A stretch of DNA of 64,000 nt from a phage, in the sequence record PX068455.1. One strand, written 5' to 3'. Positions within the stretch are counted from its first letter, which is position 1, and every line of letters begins with the position of its first letter. The position numbers and the translations under genes are program-made. Below the pieces are notes generated by a model. It worked only from the letters and a program-made list of their open reading frames with translations, ran no database searches and had not been told where the DNA came from. Positions 28,934 through 38,276 of this stretch are shown piece by piece.

Positions 28934-31900
28934 TTAGTCGTGAGACTCGTTCCAAGGTCCTTGGAAACTAGAGTTAGAACGGCTTACCACAACAGTAGGA
29001 CAGGATATTGCGACCCCTGTTACAGAAGACGTTGACCATGGTGTGTAGATTTCAACAACAATATCTATGGTTTGTTCACCAAGACCCGTTATCCCTACTG
29101 CACACATACCGTTGTTGTCGTTTCCGTACTTCTTACCTGCAAGGATTTGATGTCCGGCTATCCAAACGTTAAGCTGGGAGCCAGACAAGGTTCCGTTTAG
29201 TTTAAAGAAGAATGTTACGTTCTTACCTTGTCCTGAAACGTTGTCCACATATCTCCACCTCCAACGGCAAACCCTCTGCTGTGAGTTATATACTGGAGGA
29301 CAGTCACCGTAGGTTCTGTGTGCAACTATTGCACCTTCGAACTGGTTAGCACGGATAACAGAAGCTTCTACACGCCCACGAAAGGTACCTCCGGTTGCAT
29401 CTATGGTGCCCCTAAAGCTACCATTATTGGCATAAACATCCCCACGGAAGGTACCACTAGTGGCGTTAACTGCCCCTGTGAAGTTACCAGAACTGGCGTT
29501 GATGTTGCCTTTCACCCACACATCCATAAATTGGGCGTGCCCGTTCTTGTTAATATACCAACCGTATTTATGGTACCCGTTGCCATCGTAGTTGTTTGAC
29601 GAAATTTCTTGTGCGATCTTGGCAGATGAAATCGTCCCGTTCTCTATAAAAGCATCTTTCAAGAACGCTTGGTTGTTCTTGATTGCGAAAGCAAGGGTTG
29701 CTGTTCCATTTCCAGGGTTGTATACCGCAAAATTGTTTGCACTAACCATGAAGTAGGATTGAACTTGGCCTCCAGACCCTTCCATCCCCAACTGGATACC
29801 TGCAACATATTTATTCCCTGCGGAGTCTACCTGTATTTTTGTGCCCCATTGAGCATTTACTTTACCCTCTAAGTCGGTTACAGCCTTAGATGTTGTAGCT
29901 ACTGCAGCCCTGATCTCGGACACATCCCCAACATCATCAATGATCTCCTGCTTAGCAACAGCAAGTTCTTGACGAATAGCTGACGCTGTGCCGTTGATAA
30001 GGTCCACAGTAGCTTTGTTGGTATCGGAAATTGTAGCATCCAGCGCTGTTTTTGTGGAAGTCAGTTTTCCATCCAAAGCATCAATCGCCTGCTTGTTGGT
30101 AGAAATCTCCCCACGTGCAGAAGTTATCTGCTCTGACAGTGCAGATGTTTTCTGATTCAACAAGTCAGTGGTGGCCTTGTTGGTATTGGCAATCAAGGTG
30201 TTGAGGTCAGTTTTTGCGGTGGTTATCTTGCCATCCAGGGTGGTATAGTTTTTAGATACCGTCGCGTTTGTCTGACTGATCTTTTGATCCAGAGTTTCAG
30301 ATGTCCTGTTCAAAAGATCCACAGTTGCCTGGTTAGTGCTCAAGATGCTTGCGTCAAGTTCTGTTCTCTGAGTATTGATCTTACCATCCAGAGTTTTATC
30401 TCCGGCTAAATACCCGCTCTCAACTCCCTCTATCTGCTCTACCAGCTCACCTTTGGCGGCAACCAATTTCTCATCTAAAGCCTCTGTCTTTTTGTTCAGA
30501 AGATCAGTAGTTGCTTTATTGGTTGTCTCGATCAGAGATGCCAGTCTGCCACTTTCAGTGTTCAGATCGTTGGTGAATTTGTTCTGTGCAGCAACAAGTT
30601 TCCTATCCAGCGCTGTAATGTTACCATTGACATCTTCAAACTTCTGAGTTGTTTCTGTAACTACCGCACCTATTCTGTCCCCAAGTTGTTGGAACGCTTC
30701 ATCTACCCTACCATCCATGTACCTGTTAAGTTCTGTGACACGATTTTCAACCTCTTCAATAGAGGAATCCAAAGTGCTCATCAACTCTTTATAAGTTTCT
30801 GTCTTTTTGAATTCAGCATCTATCTGAGGCATCAAATCCTCAATAGAGGTATAGCAGCGTGCAGCGCATTCTACAAACTGAGAGCTACCAAAAGCGTTTG
30901 TGGTTCGAATATACCAATAATAAACCTTATCGTTCTGCAGACCTTCAGATGTCCAAGTCGAACCAACACCCATACGGGTGGCTTCTGAAGTAACGGTTGC
31001 ATCACTAGTGTCTGGCAACCTTGTCATACCAGATGTCCAAAAGTCATACTGGGTGCTTACACTTGCTAAATCCCTGCTGTGTGGAATCAAGGTGATAGCA
31101 AAGTATCCTTGCTTAACCTCTACAGAAACAGGAGCTTCAGGTGCCTGAATGTTAAACTCGCAGTACGCTTCTGGAGATACACCACCTTTATAAGATGTTG
31201 CAACCACGGTTGCTGTGTATGACCCTTTGGTCAAGCCTTCTACTCTGACAAACTGCTCAACTGTCTGTGCTGTCCAAACAATCTCTCCGTTCTTTCTTAC
31301 CTGCACAATATTTTGAGCGTAAGTTCCAACGTTGTCCCAAGCCAAAACACCGTGAGTTACTTCCCCAGCTTGGAGAACGGAGTATCTGAAGTTTTGCGGT
31401 TGAGCTACACCGGATGGGGATATCGGAATATCTACATCGCCGGAATCCGGAAGTTGCCCTGTGGCATCATTCCACTCTTTAGCATCTTGACGAAGTTTTA
31501 CCTTGACACCGCCCTTTTTGGTGAACTCCCATTCAAGAACCCTCATTTCTTGGCCCACTATACCAATACTTGGGAGATTCATTGTAACGTAACGGCCAGG
31601 TTTAAATTTAAAACCTCGCATATTGCAGGTGACTTCAATAATCCTGCCAGCTCTAGCACGTCTTAAAAATATTGCAGAAACACGCTGAGCTTGATAAGGG
31701 CTGGTAACAAAGCGGTAGTCTATATCGATTATCTTTCTTTCTCCATCCTTCTCTATCCACTCTGGGACAAACACTGATGGAAAATCTGTTTCAGAATACC
31801 CTTTGGTCGGACTGGTGAATCTGCCAGTTATTGTGTTGGATCTTTTGTCAAACGAGGCTTCCGGATAGATCTTAACCTCACCACAGACACAGTCCTCACT

Positions 31901-32773
31901 CAGTGTCATTGTTGCCGGACCATAATATGCACCTACCAGCAGTCCATACTTACCAGCTACATAGCTGAGATCTGCACCACAAGCTTTCAGCATTTCTGCC
32001 ATAATACTTGCTGGGGCCTCATCCATATCGAACTCGCCATTAATGGTGTAACGGCGCTCACTAGTTCCGTCCGCGTTTCTTACCGCCTCATCGCATATGT
32101 TAGCAGCCTCCTTGAAGGACTCCCAGTTGATGGTTTCGTCAGGACATTTAAGGTACGTTCTTAAATAGTCTAGAATCACCAAGGCCGCGTTATTGGTATA
32201 CACCTCTTTACTGATACGAGGATCATAGCATTTTTTACCAACCTTGACGAGTGTAACGTTTGGCAACCCAAAAGGGAACTTGTTAGGGTCAAACCTGAAG
32301 CTGGCACGTAGCCAACTGATCCCTCTACCTATCATGTCTGGTGACCACGACGGGCAGTGTGTACCCATGAAAGGATCAGATGTTTTTCTGTCGTTATGTA
32401 GCTCCCACGATATCAAATCTCCATACGAGGAAATAGGATTACCGTCGATGAGTATATCTTCTATACCTTCCAGGGGATGATTGGCAAGAACAATAGCACA
32501 ATGGAGGGTCCTGTCCCTGTCCTGCTCCAAAAACGCAAGTAATCCAGATGTGCGTGTCTTCCCATACACTACAGAGCAAGGTGCAGCAGAAGATCTGAGA
32601 AGCTTTTGTCTATCTTGCTGACTTCTGTAAGATTTGTTGCCCTCAAAAATCTTATCCAGAGTTCTGGTGGTAACAGTGTTCAGGCTGTCAGCCAGAGCTG
32701 CCTTGGATGCGTTCCAGTCATAACTTGAAGATCTTGCAGAAGCAACGATGTTATCAATCATTGCAATTGGCAT
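28934..32773 (-). CDS. lambda gpJ-like host-specificity / central tail fibre protein with expanded coiled-coil repeats
   Basis: 1279 aa; matches to remembered lambda J signature blocks: NNAALVILDYLRT, PEAPVSVEVKQGYFAITLIPH, YYWYIRTTNAFGSSQFVE, YVAGIQLGMEG...FMVSANNFAVYNPGNG; about 330 aa of coiled-coil repeats inserted. Confidence 0.6.
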   Translation of the reverse strand: MPIAMIDNIVASARSSSYDWNASKAALADSLNTVTTRTLDKIFEGNKSYRSQQDRQKLLRSSAAPCSVVYGKTRTSGLLAFLEQDRDRTLHCAIVLANHPLEGIEDILIDGNPISSYGDLISWELHNDRKTSDPFMGTHCPSWSPDMIGRGISWLRASFRFDPNKFPFGLPNVTLVKVGKKCYDPRISKEVYTNNAALVILDYLRTYLKCPDETINWESFKEAANICDEAVRNADGTSERRYTINGEFDMDEAPASIMAEMLKACGADLSYVAGKYGLLVGAYYGPATMTLSEDCVCGEVKIYPEASFDKRSNTITGRFTSPTKGYSETDFPSVFVPEWIEKDGERKIIDIDYRFVTSPYQAQRVSAIFLRRARAGRIIEVTCNMRGFKFKPGRYVTMNLPSIGIVGQEMRVLEWEFTKKGGVKVKLRQDAKEWNDATGQLPDSGDVDIPISPSGVAQPQNFRYSVLQAGEVTHGVLAWDNVGTYAQNIVQVRKNGEIVWTAQTVEQFVRVEGLTKGSYTATVVATSYKGGVSPEAYCEFNIQAPEAPVSVEVKQGYFAITLIPHSRDLASVSTQYDFWTSGMTRLPDTSDATVTSEATRMGVGSTWTSEGLQNDKVYYWYIRTTNAFGSSQFVECAARCYTSIEDLMPQIDAEFKKTETYKELMSTLDSSIEEVENRVTELNRYMDGRVDEAFQQLGDRIGAVVTETTQKFEDVNGNITALDRKLVAAQNKFTNDLNTESGRLASLIETTNKATTDLLNKKTEALDEKLVAAKGELVEQIEGVESGYLAGDKTLDGKINTQRTELDASILSTNQATVDLLNRTSETLDQKISQTNATVSKNYTTLDGKITTAKTDLNTLIANTNKATTDLLNQKTSALSEQITSARGEISTNKQAIDALDGKLTSTKTALDATISDTNKATVDLINGTASAIRQELAVAKQEIIDDVGDVSEIRAAVATTSKAVTDLEGKVNAQWGTKIQVDSAGNKYVAGIQLGMEGSGGQVQSYFMVSANNFAVYNPGNGTATLAFAIKNNQAFLKDAFIENGTISSAKIAQEISSNNYDGNGYHKYGWYINKNGHAQFMDVWVKGNINASSGNFTGAVNATSGTFRGDVYANNGSFRGTIDATGGTFRGRVEASVIRANQFEGAIVAHRTYGDCPPVYNSQQRVCRWRWRYVDNVSGQGKNVTFFFKLNGTLSGSQLNVWIAGHQILAGKKYGNDNNGMCAVGITGLGEQTIDIVVEIYTPWSTSSVTGVAISCPTVVVSRSNSSFQGPWNESHD

Positions 32774-33210
32774 TAATACCTCCAGACATCAACAACAATA
32801 GAATCTTTCATGTCGAACATAAAGACCCCTTTATCACCTTTCGCCCAAATCTGGTTGTTCCAGAACACACCCGCGGTGAGTCCGTTCAGTCCTTCGAAAA
32901 TAACAATATCCCCACGCTGAACCTGTTTAGGAGTGTCCAGTCGAGTCATAAAGAAATCAAAAATAGTAGGCAGGTGTGTGGTTTTGAAATGAAGCATGCA
33001 CCATCTCTTGCTTTCCAACTCTGTTTTATACGTTCCTTCGAAGTTAGAAAGAAAATCTGTTCCGTATTGGGCATCAACACACTTAGCCGCAAAGGTGCAA
33101 CAATCGTGGAATCCCCATTCAAAAGGTATGGTGGCCTCTTCGTCAAACACTTTCCACAACCTTTCTTGCCAGTCCACTAGACGAGGATGTGTGCTCATTA
33201 AACCTCCCAA
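32773..33210 (-). CDS. NlpC/P60-like protein (lambda gpK-like C-terminal half)
   Basis: 145 aa; Cys in FEWGFHDCCTFAA and His in GDIVIFEGLNGLTAGVFW in papain-like order. Confidence 0.45.
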   Translation of the reverse strand: MGGLMSTHPRLVDWQERLWKVFDEEATIPFEWGFHDCCTFAAKCVDAQYGTDFLSNFEGTYKTELESKRWCMLHFKTTHLPTIFDFFMTRLDTPKQVQRGDIVIFEGLNGLTAGVFWNNQIWAKGDKGVFMFDMKDSIVVDVWRY

Positions 33211-33764
33211 ATGATCGGGCGGCTCGCCACCTGATCCACATATTTAAAAAATCTGTCGTTATCGTTTCTTGAGCTGTGGCTTTCCTCCGTGTACCGATAA
33301 GGAAAACCTCTTAACCAGCTGTTGAAGATGGAAGAGATGGATATGGACAAAGCACTATTCTCTCCTGTCTGGATAGCCATATCTGTTATAAGGCCGTCAA
33401 ACAAGCCATTAGTTGTGACAGGCAGACCATTCTCCATAGCGGTAATGTACAACGTGGCACGACAACCAGAATACTCCGTCTTCAGCAGATCACCCACATA
33501 CTTAGGATCAAACCCGTTCAATGTTGCTACCACAGATCCGAAGTTGGTGGCATCTTTCTCAGACACAGCGGTCAATGTTGCTGATCCGCCTATCCCTATA
33601 AAATGTTGACCCTCAATTACTACAACACCAGTGCCTGAGCACACCCTGACAGTGCCTGTCGGTAGCTCCAGCTTTGCAGCAATTAAGATCTCAACACCAT
33701 CAAGCTCTAGCTTTTCAAGAAATAAATTATCTAATGGCGCTCTGATCATCTTAGAAATCCTCAA
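33198..33764 (-). CDS. tail-tip assembly protein (gpL-position), putative
   Basis: 188 aa; assignment by position only. Confidence 0.3.
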   Translation of the reverse strand: MRISKMIRAPLDNLFLEKLELDGVEILIAAKLELPTGTVRVCSGTGVVVIEGQHFIGIGGSATLTAVSEKDATNFGSVVATLNGFDPKYVGDLLKTEYSGCRATLYITAMENGLPVTTNGLFDGLITDMAIQTGENSALSISISSIFNSWLRGFPYRYTEESHSSRNDNDRFFKYVDQVASRPIIWEV

Positions 33765-34341
33765 AGAAGTTGATAACTATATTATCACCTTTTTGCATAG
33801 CATCGACTTTTTGCTTAATTTTATAAATATCTCTGATATGGAACCTACCCTTCGGGGATTGAGTTATTATCTTCATAGTGTCCCCTGCGGCAATAGGTTT
33901 TCTAAGTCTTGGAGATATGCTTATAACAGCAGACCCAACACCATCACTACGCACTGGAGCTGTTACCACTTTCAATTCATCATTGACAGATATTTTATCC
34001 CCAGCTCTGGCTATGTCTCTGTTTGGCTCCCATCCGACCGTATTCAAAAAATCGTCGTTGCCAGTAGGCCCAAGGGCGATTGGCTCATTAGCTGTTACTG
34101 AGTGACCGTAAGTTTTAATGAGAAAGATGTTCCCATCTTTATACACCTGATCAACAAAGCTTTTAAGCTCTAGCAACTGTGACTCGCTGATATTGGAGAC
34201 CGTCAAAGTGCCTTTCCAGTTAGGTGTGGCATAGGTTACTTTTTGCGTCTTACCTGTAAACGGACTTTTAAACGTAACAATATCTGCCAGCAGCTCCAAT
34301 CTAATATCTGGAAGGTATCTAGGCCTTTCCCATAAAAACAT
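33751..34341 (-). CDS. tail-tip protein (gpM-like), putative
   Basis: 196 aa; LTVSNISESQLLELKSFVDQV..G..FL weakly resembles lambda gpM core; GGAGG RBS. Confidence 0.3.
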   Translation of the reverse strand: MFLWERPRYLPDIRLELLADIVTFKSPFTGKTQKVTYATPNWKGTLTVSNISESQLLELKSFVDQVYKDGNIFLIKTYGHSVTANEPIALGPTGNDDFLNTVGWEPNRDIARAGDKISVNDELKVVTAPVRSDGVGSAVISISPRLRKPIAAGDTMKIITQSPKGRFHIRDIYKIKQKVDAMQKGDNIVINFFEDF

Positions 34342-34372
34342 TGTGCCTCCAGGTTAAACAATCATGATAGTT

Positions 34373-34401
34373 ATTTTACCAGATTTTGAGTTAATACGCA
34401 A
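34373..34401 (-). promoter_or_regulatory. sigma70-like promoter (TTGCGT-17-TAAAAT)
   Basis: -10 at 34373-34378, -35 at 34396-34401 (minus sense); shares the AAAAT(C/T)TGGTAAAATA core with the 28862 promoter. Confidence 0.45.
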
Positions 34402-34405
34402 TACA

Positions 34406-34433
34406 AACAAAAAGCCCCCGCCGAAGCGAGGGC
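34406..34433 (-). terminator. intrinsic terminator GCCCUCGC-UUCG-GCGGGGGC plus UUUUUGUU
   Basis: UUCG tetraloop hairpin after the stop of 34441..38241. Confidence 0.55.
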
Positions 34434-34440
34434 AAAACAG

Positions 34441-37400
34441 TTACTTCAATTTCTCTTGCAATCCAGTAACAACCTCTGTCAATTTTTTAACCTGCTCCTC
34501 AAGGGCGGTTATTTTATCGTCCTGTTCCCTGCAAACCTGGACAAGCAAGCCTGTTACAGCTGCGTAGTCAACGTTATAGAACCTTTCCTCAGTCATTAAA
34601 GGAATGCCGTCTTGAGTAGGACCTTCTATTTCCTTCCTTTTCACGAAAGATCCTACTGCCTCTGGCAATGCTTCCATAACCTCTTGAGCAATCACGCCTG
34701 CATAAGGCATACCATTCTCTTTCAAGGTGTAGGTATAGCCTTTCATCTTTCTAATTGCTTCCAGAGCGTTAGGTATGACCTCTATGTTATCCTTCAGGTC
34801 CCTATCGGAACTTTGACTAACAGTAGTACATTCTACCGTGCCGTTGACAGCAAAATATCTTGATTTAGCCTCATCTGCCTTAGCACCACAGTGGAATACC
34901 CAGCTGGCGACTGTTGAGTTATCACTTATCTGAAACTCCAGCACATTCTTCCTATCTGCGCCATTACCCCAATAGTACAACCTACCTGTATTAGAAGGCA
35001 TGTTGGAAGTGTTGGTAACATCCGCACCACCACCTGTGTGTATTGTGAACTCCGGTTCAAGATTGGATCCTTGAGTTTTTAAAGTGATACCTTTACCACC
35101 AAGCTGCTGCCAATGGCCCCATGTGAAAACACCACCTATCGTTGTTCCATAACGCAGGAATTTTTCTCCAAGATATGTCGTATATTCCTGTACGCAACTC
35201 TCTGGAACGTTGGCATAGTTTCTGTAGACAACGAGAGTACCTGCCTGGGAGCATGGGTAGTTTTTATCAAGTGCGGCCTGAGCATTAGCCTCCTGATGAT
35301 AAAAACCCTCTCTATCCCCTTTGTAGTCGTTAAGGTCATTAGTCCCCAGCCCTTGACCACGGTGCTGAATAACTTTGTTCCATGCCCTATGGTTACCACC
35401 CTCGATAGATCTGGTGTATAGCTGATCAAGGCGACCAGCCATTTGGAAGGCATAGTTTCCAGAAAACGCCACAGACAGCCCACCAACAACCATCGAACCT
35501 TCAGGTCCGTTGACATTGCCTGCCATTATTTTAGAAGGGTTGTTAGGACCAAACTGGTTGTTCCAGTCTGCACCAGTATGGCATACAAAACCACCTGGAG
35601 CTGAGAAAGTACCATCCTTGTTGAAGTTGTAGAATCTATGAGCTGTGCCTACAACATCGCGAACAATAACTTGACCAGCTTCCGGAGTAGATCTGAACTC
35701 TGCCTGGCCTTTGAGACCAGCACCATTACCGCATTTAGAGGTAAACGTACCGTTAGTCAGATCCTCTGTCCCATCAGATGCACACTGGAATCCTGCATTA
35801 GAGAATAACGCCTTTCTAGGACTGCCGTAGCACAAATAGTCAAGACCGTCTGCCCATAGCTCGACTTTTGGCATATTCATTTTGCTCATCACAGCATAGC
35901 GTTCAGCAGTGCCTATATAGTGCCACTGTGTGCCGCCGCCAGTGTAGAACCCTGAAGTACCTTTAAAATCAACAATAGGTCTGGTATTGGTGTTGTTATC
36001 TCCAAGAATGGCAAGATTCAAATCTGCTGACTGAAGAGGTGCAACGAACTTAACCCCATCCTGATTGTCTGTTACAGAGCCAACCTGGTAATCTTGCTCT
36101 CTGGTAAACACTTCGACAACATTTCTACTTGCGTATATGCTGACAGGGAAAGCACGAGCCTCTACATAGAAAGCAACATACTCTTGTTTACCCCTTGTTG
36201 GAGCAACCATCCCAAGAAGTGCTTTTTCATTCTGGTAGAAATTTACTACCCCGTAGAAAGCGTCCCCTCTGTCTGTCCAACCACCAGTTCTATAGTGACA
36301 CTGTAAGGTAGCACAGTTCATAGGGTCACCGCCGGATGACGATCTGGTAACTATGGTAATATCAGTGCCAGTTGCTGGAGCATAGTACGGATCTGTTCTA
36401 ACGATAATTGGGTAGTATTTCCCATCTTCCATCCCTGCGGTTCTTGGCAGTGTTAAGAAGTCTTTTACACCTGCTGCTATAGGAACTTTGAACAGATTCT
36501 GAGCATCTGCTAAAGTTGTGGCTCCAGTACCACCTGCGGCGTGAGGTAAAGGTTCCCACTTGGCCTTCCGGTTGTTATAAACACCCCATTCCAAACTGCC
36601 GTTACCGGATTCGTCCATCCCGCCATCCCAGATAACCATCTTGGCGGCTTTCTTGGACCCCCAAAAGCCTCTTTCTGCTCCTGAACTACGGATCCACTCC
36701 CCAAGTCCCCAGTTTGTCAGCTGACCAGTAAGATCCCCAACCTGCATATATTTAGGACAGTCTAATACACCGTCCTCGCGGAAACCTAAATATCTATGAG
36801 TTTCAGATCCTTTTGCACCTTTGTGGAGGTGGATTGTCAACCAAGCCTTATTGTCGTTTCTTACCTCAGAATAGATCCTATAACCATGCTCAAGAATACC
36901 ATCAGTATTATATTTATCTCCATGGAGAATACCTGAGGCCGATTTAACATCTCCAGAGTATTGAGCTAAGTAAAGGTGCCCGAAGGCTGGCGAGTTGTTT
37001 TTACCAAGGCCGATATGAGATCTGAAAGTATCATCGTTACGAGGTCTGACCATCGGCTGCCATGCAGTCCACTGGTTTGTGTTGGCCTGATAGGTTCTCA
37101 AATACCAAACATCTACGTTAGAAAATGGATAGTATTCCTGACGACAACCTGTACCGCCGTTAGCATTGTTCTGCCAAACAATCAAGTGACCAGCACCAGA
37201 ACCTGCAGGGTAACCATTTGCCTCAGTTGCATAAGCAGTCATCGGCTGGTAGTATACGCCATCCTGATTACCAGTCAAGTTATTGATATTGAAATTTGGC
37301 TCAAGGGCTGCACGTTGCTTATAGAAAGCACCGATATTGATACGGACTCCAGCGGCATCTCTAGCCCCTGTGCCGCCTTGCTCTATAGCAAGAGGTTGCC

Positions 37401-38241
37401 ACGAAGCTGTTTGTTGGTTCCACATACCCCAACGGCCTGTTGCATCAAGCTGCAAGTACCCTGCCGTATTTAAATCATCTCCAGCACGGATAACTGTTCT
37501 TGTTGGGTTGTTTGCCTCTAGGCGTTTAAATTCATCACGAAGTGCTATTCTTTTCGTTGTTGCTACACCGTTGGTTACTGCAATGGTGTACATGGCTCCG
37601 GTGGTAGCGCCACGGAAAATACCATCAACAGTTGTAGTATCACGACGAGATACCACACCGTTCAGAAATTTTTCACCAGCTGCTACAGAAGGGTAGTTGG
37701 TAGTTCTTCCCTCTTCAATAACTGCAGGGCCAACAAAGTTATCGAGGTGAATAACATCGCCTACAGTGTGCACTGTACCAAAATCTACACGCTGTGCAAG
37801 TGCTTTGGCATCGTTAGCTGTCTGAACAGTAACATCCATTACATCCTGGACAGACTGCCCTTCGGCTGTCATGATCATAGATGCGCCAATGGTAGATTCC
37901 AGCTCCTCCCTTAATGACGGATCTGTATATACCATCCATGCAGCGTCAGTAATCCCACCATCGGAGTACGGTGAAGACAGTGCAGGAACAGTGTGTGGAA
38001 ATTCGCCTTTCCAACGTAGGTAGAGGTCTTCCTCTTCGAAGTAGGCAAAATCCATTGGGCCGTTTAACTTACCACCTTCCTTAAAGGAGATTACATGAGA
38101 AACAGTCCCATCAACATGGACAACATCGCCAATTTTTACACGACGGGTCAGGTCTGGTTGTTGAACAACCAGGTAATCATCCTCTGTCACTGCGGTAGTG
38201 GCAGGAAGAGATTCAATTCTGACAACTTTAATATCAGCCAT
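34441..38241 (-). CDS. tail fibre/tailspike with C-terminal intramolecular chaperone (peptidase S74-like) domain
   Basis: 1266 aa; C-terminal SDRDLKDNIE...GYTYTL...GVIAQEV...coiled coil matches the self-cleaving chaperone signature; N-terminal 100 aa homologous to 40876..41544. Confidence 0.65.
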   Translation of the reverse strand: MADIKVVRIESLPATTAVTEDDYLVVQQPDLTRRVKIGDVVHVDGTVSHVISFKEGGKLNGPMDFAYFEEEDLYLRWKGEFPHTVPALSSPYSDGGITDAAWMVYTDPSLREELESTIGASMIMTAEGQSVQDVMDVTVQTANDAKALAQRVDFGTVHTVGDVIHLDNFVGPAVIEEGRTTNYPSVAAGEKFLNGVVSRRDTTTVDGIFRGATTGAMYTIAVTNGVATTKRIALRDEFKRLEANNPTRTVIRAGDDLNTAGYLQLDATGRWGMWNQQTASWQPLAIEQGGTGARDAAGVRINIGAFYKQRAALEPNFNINNLTGNQDGVYYQPMTAYATEANGYPAGSGAGHLIVWQNNANGGTGCRQEYYPFSNVDVWYLRTYQANTNQWTAWQPMVRPRNDDTFRSHIGLGKNNSPAFGHLYLAQYSGDVKSASGILHGDKYNTDGILEHGYRIYSEVRNDNKAWLTIHLHKGAKGSETHRYLGFREDGVLDCPKYMQVGDLTGQLTNWGLGEWIRSSGAERGFWGSKKAAKMVIWDGGMDESGNGSLEWGVYNNRKAKWEPLPHAAGGTGATTLADAQNLFKVPIAAGVKDFLTLPRTAGMEDGKYYPIIVRTDPYYAPATGTDITIVTRSSSGGDPMNCATLQCHYRTGGWTDRGDAFYGVVNFYQNEKALLGMVAPTRGKQEYVAFYVEARAFPVSIYASRNVVEVFTREQDYQVGSVTDNQDGVKFVAPLQSADLNLAILGDNNTNTRPIVDFKGTSGFYTGGGTQWHYIGTAERYAVMSKMNMPKVELWADGLDYLCYGSPRKALFSNAGFQCASDGTEDLTNGTFTSKCGNGAGLKGQAEFRSTPEAGQVIVRDVVGTAHRFYNFNKDGTFSAPGGFVCHTGADWNNQFGPNNPSKIMAGNVNGPEGSMVVGGLSVAFSGNYAFQMAGRLDQLYTRSIEGGNHRAWNKVIQHRGQGLGTNDLNDYKGDREGFYHQEANAQAALDKNYPCSQAGTLVVYRNYANVPESCVQEYTTYLGEKFLRYGTTIGGVFTWGHWQQLGGKGITLKTQGSNLEPEFTIHTGGGADVTNTSNMPSNTGRLYYWGNGADRKNVLEFQISDNSTVASWVFHCGAKADEAKSRYFAVNGTVECTTVSQSSDRDLKDNIEVIPNALEAIRKMKGYTYTLKENGMPYAGVIAQEVMEALPEAVGSFVKRKEIEGPTQDGIPLMTEERFYNVDYAAVTGLLVQVCREQDDKITALEEQVKKLTEVVTGLQEKLK

Positions 38242-38276
38242 TCTTTCTCCTGAAAGGGGGCAAACAGCCCCCTATG

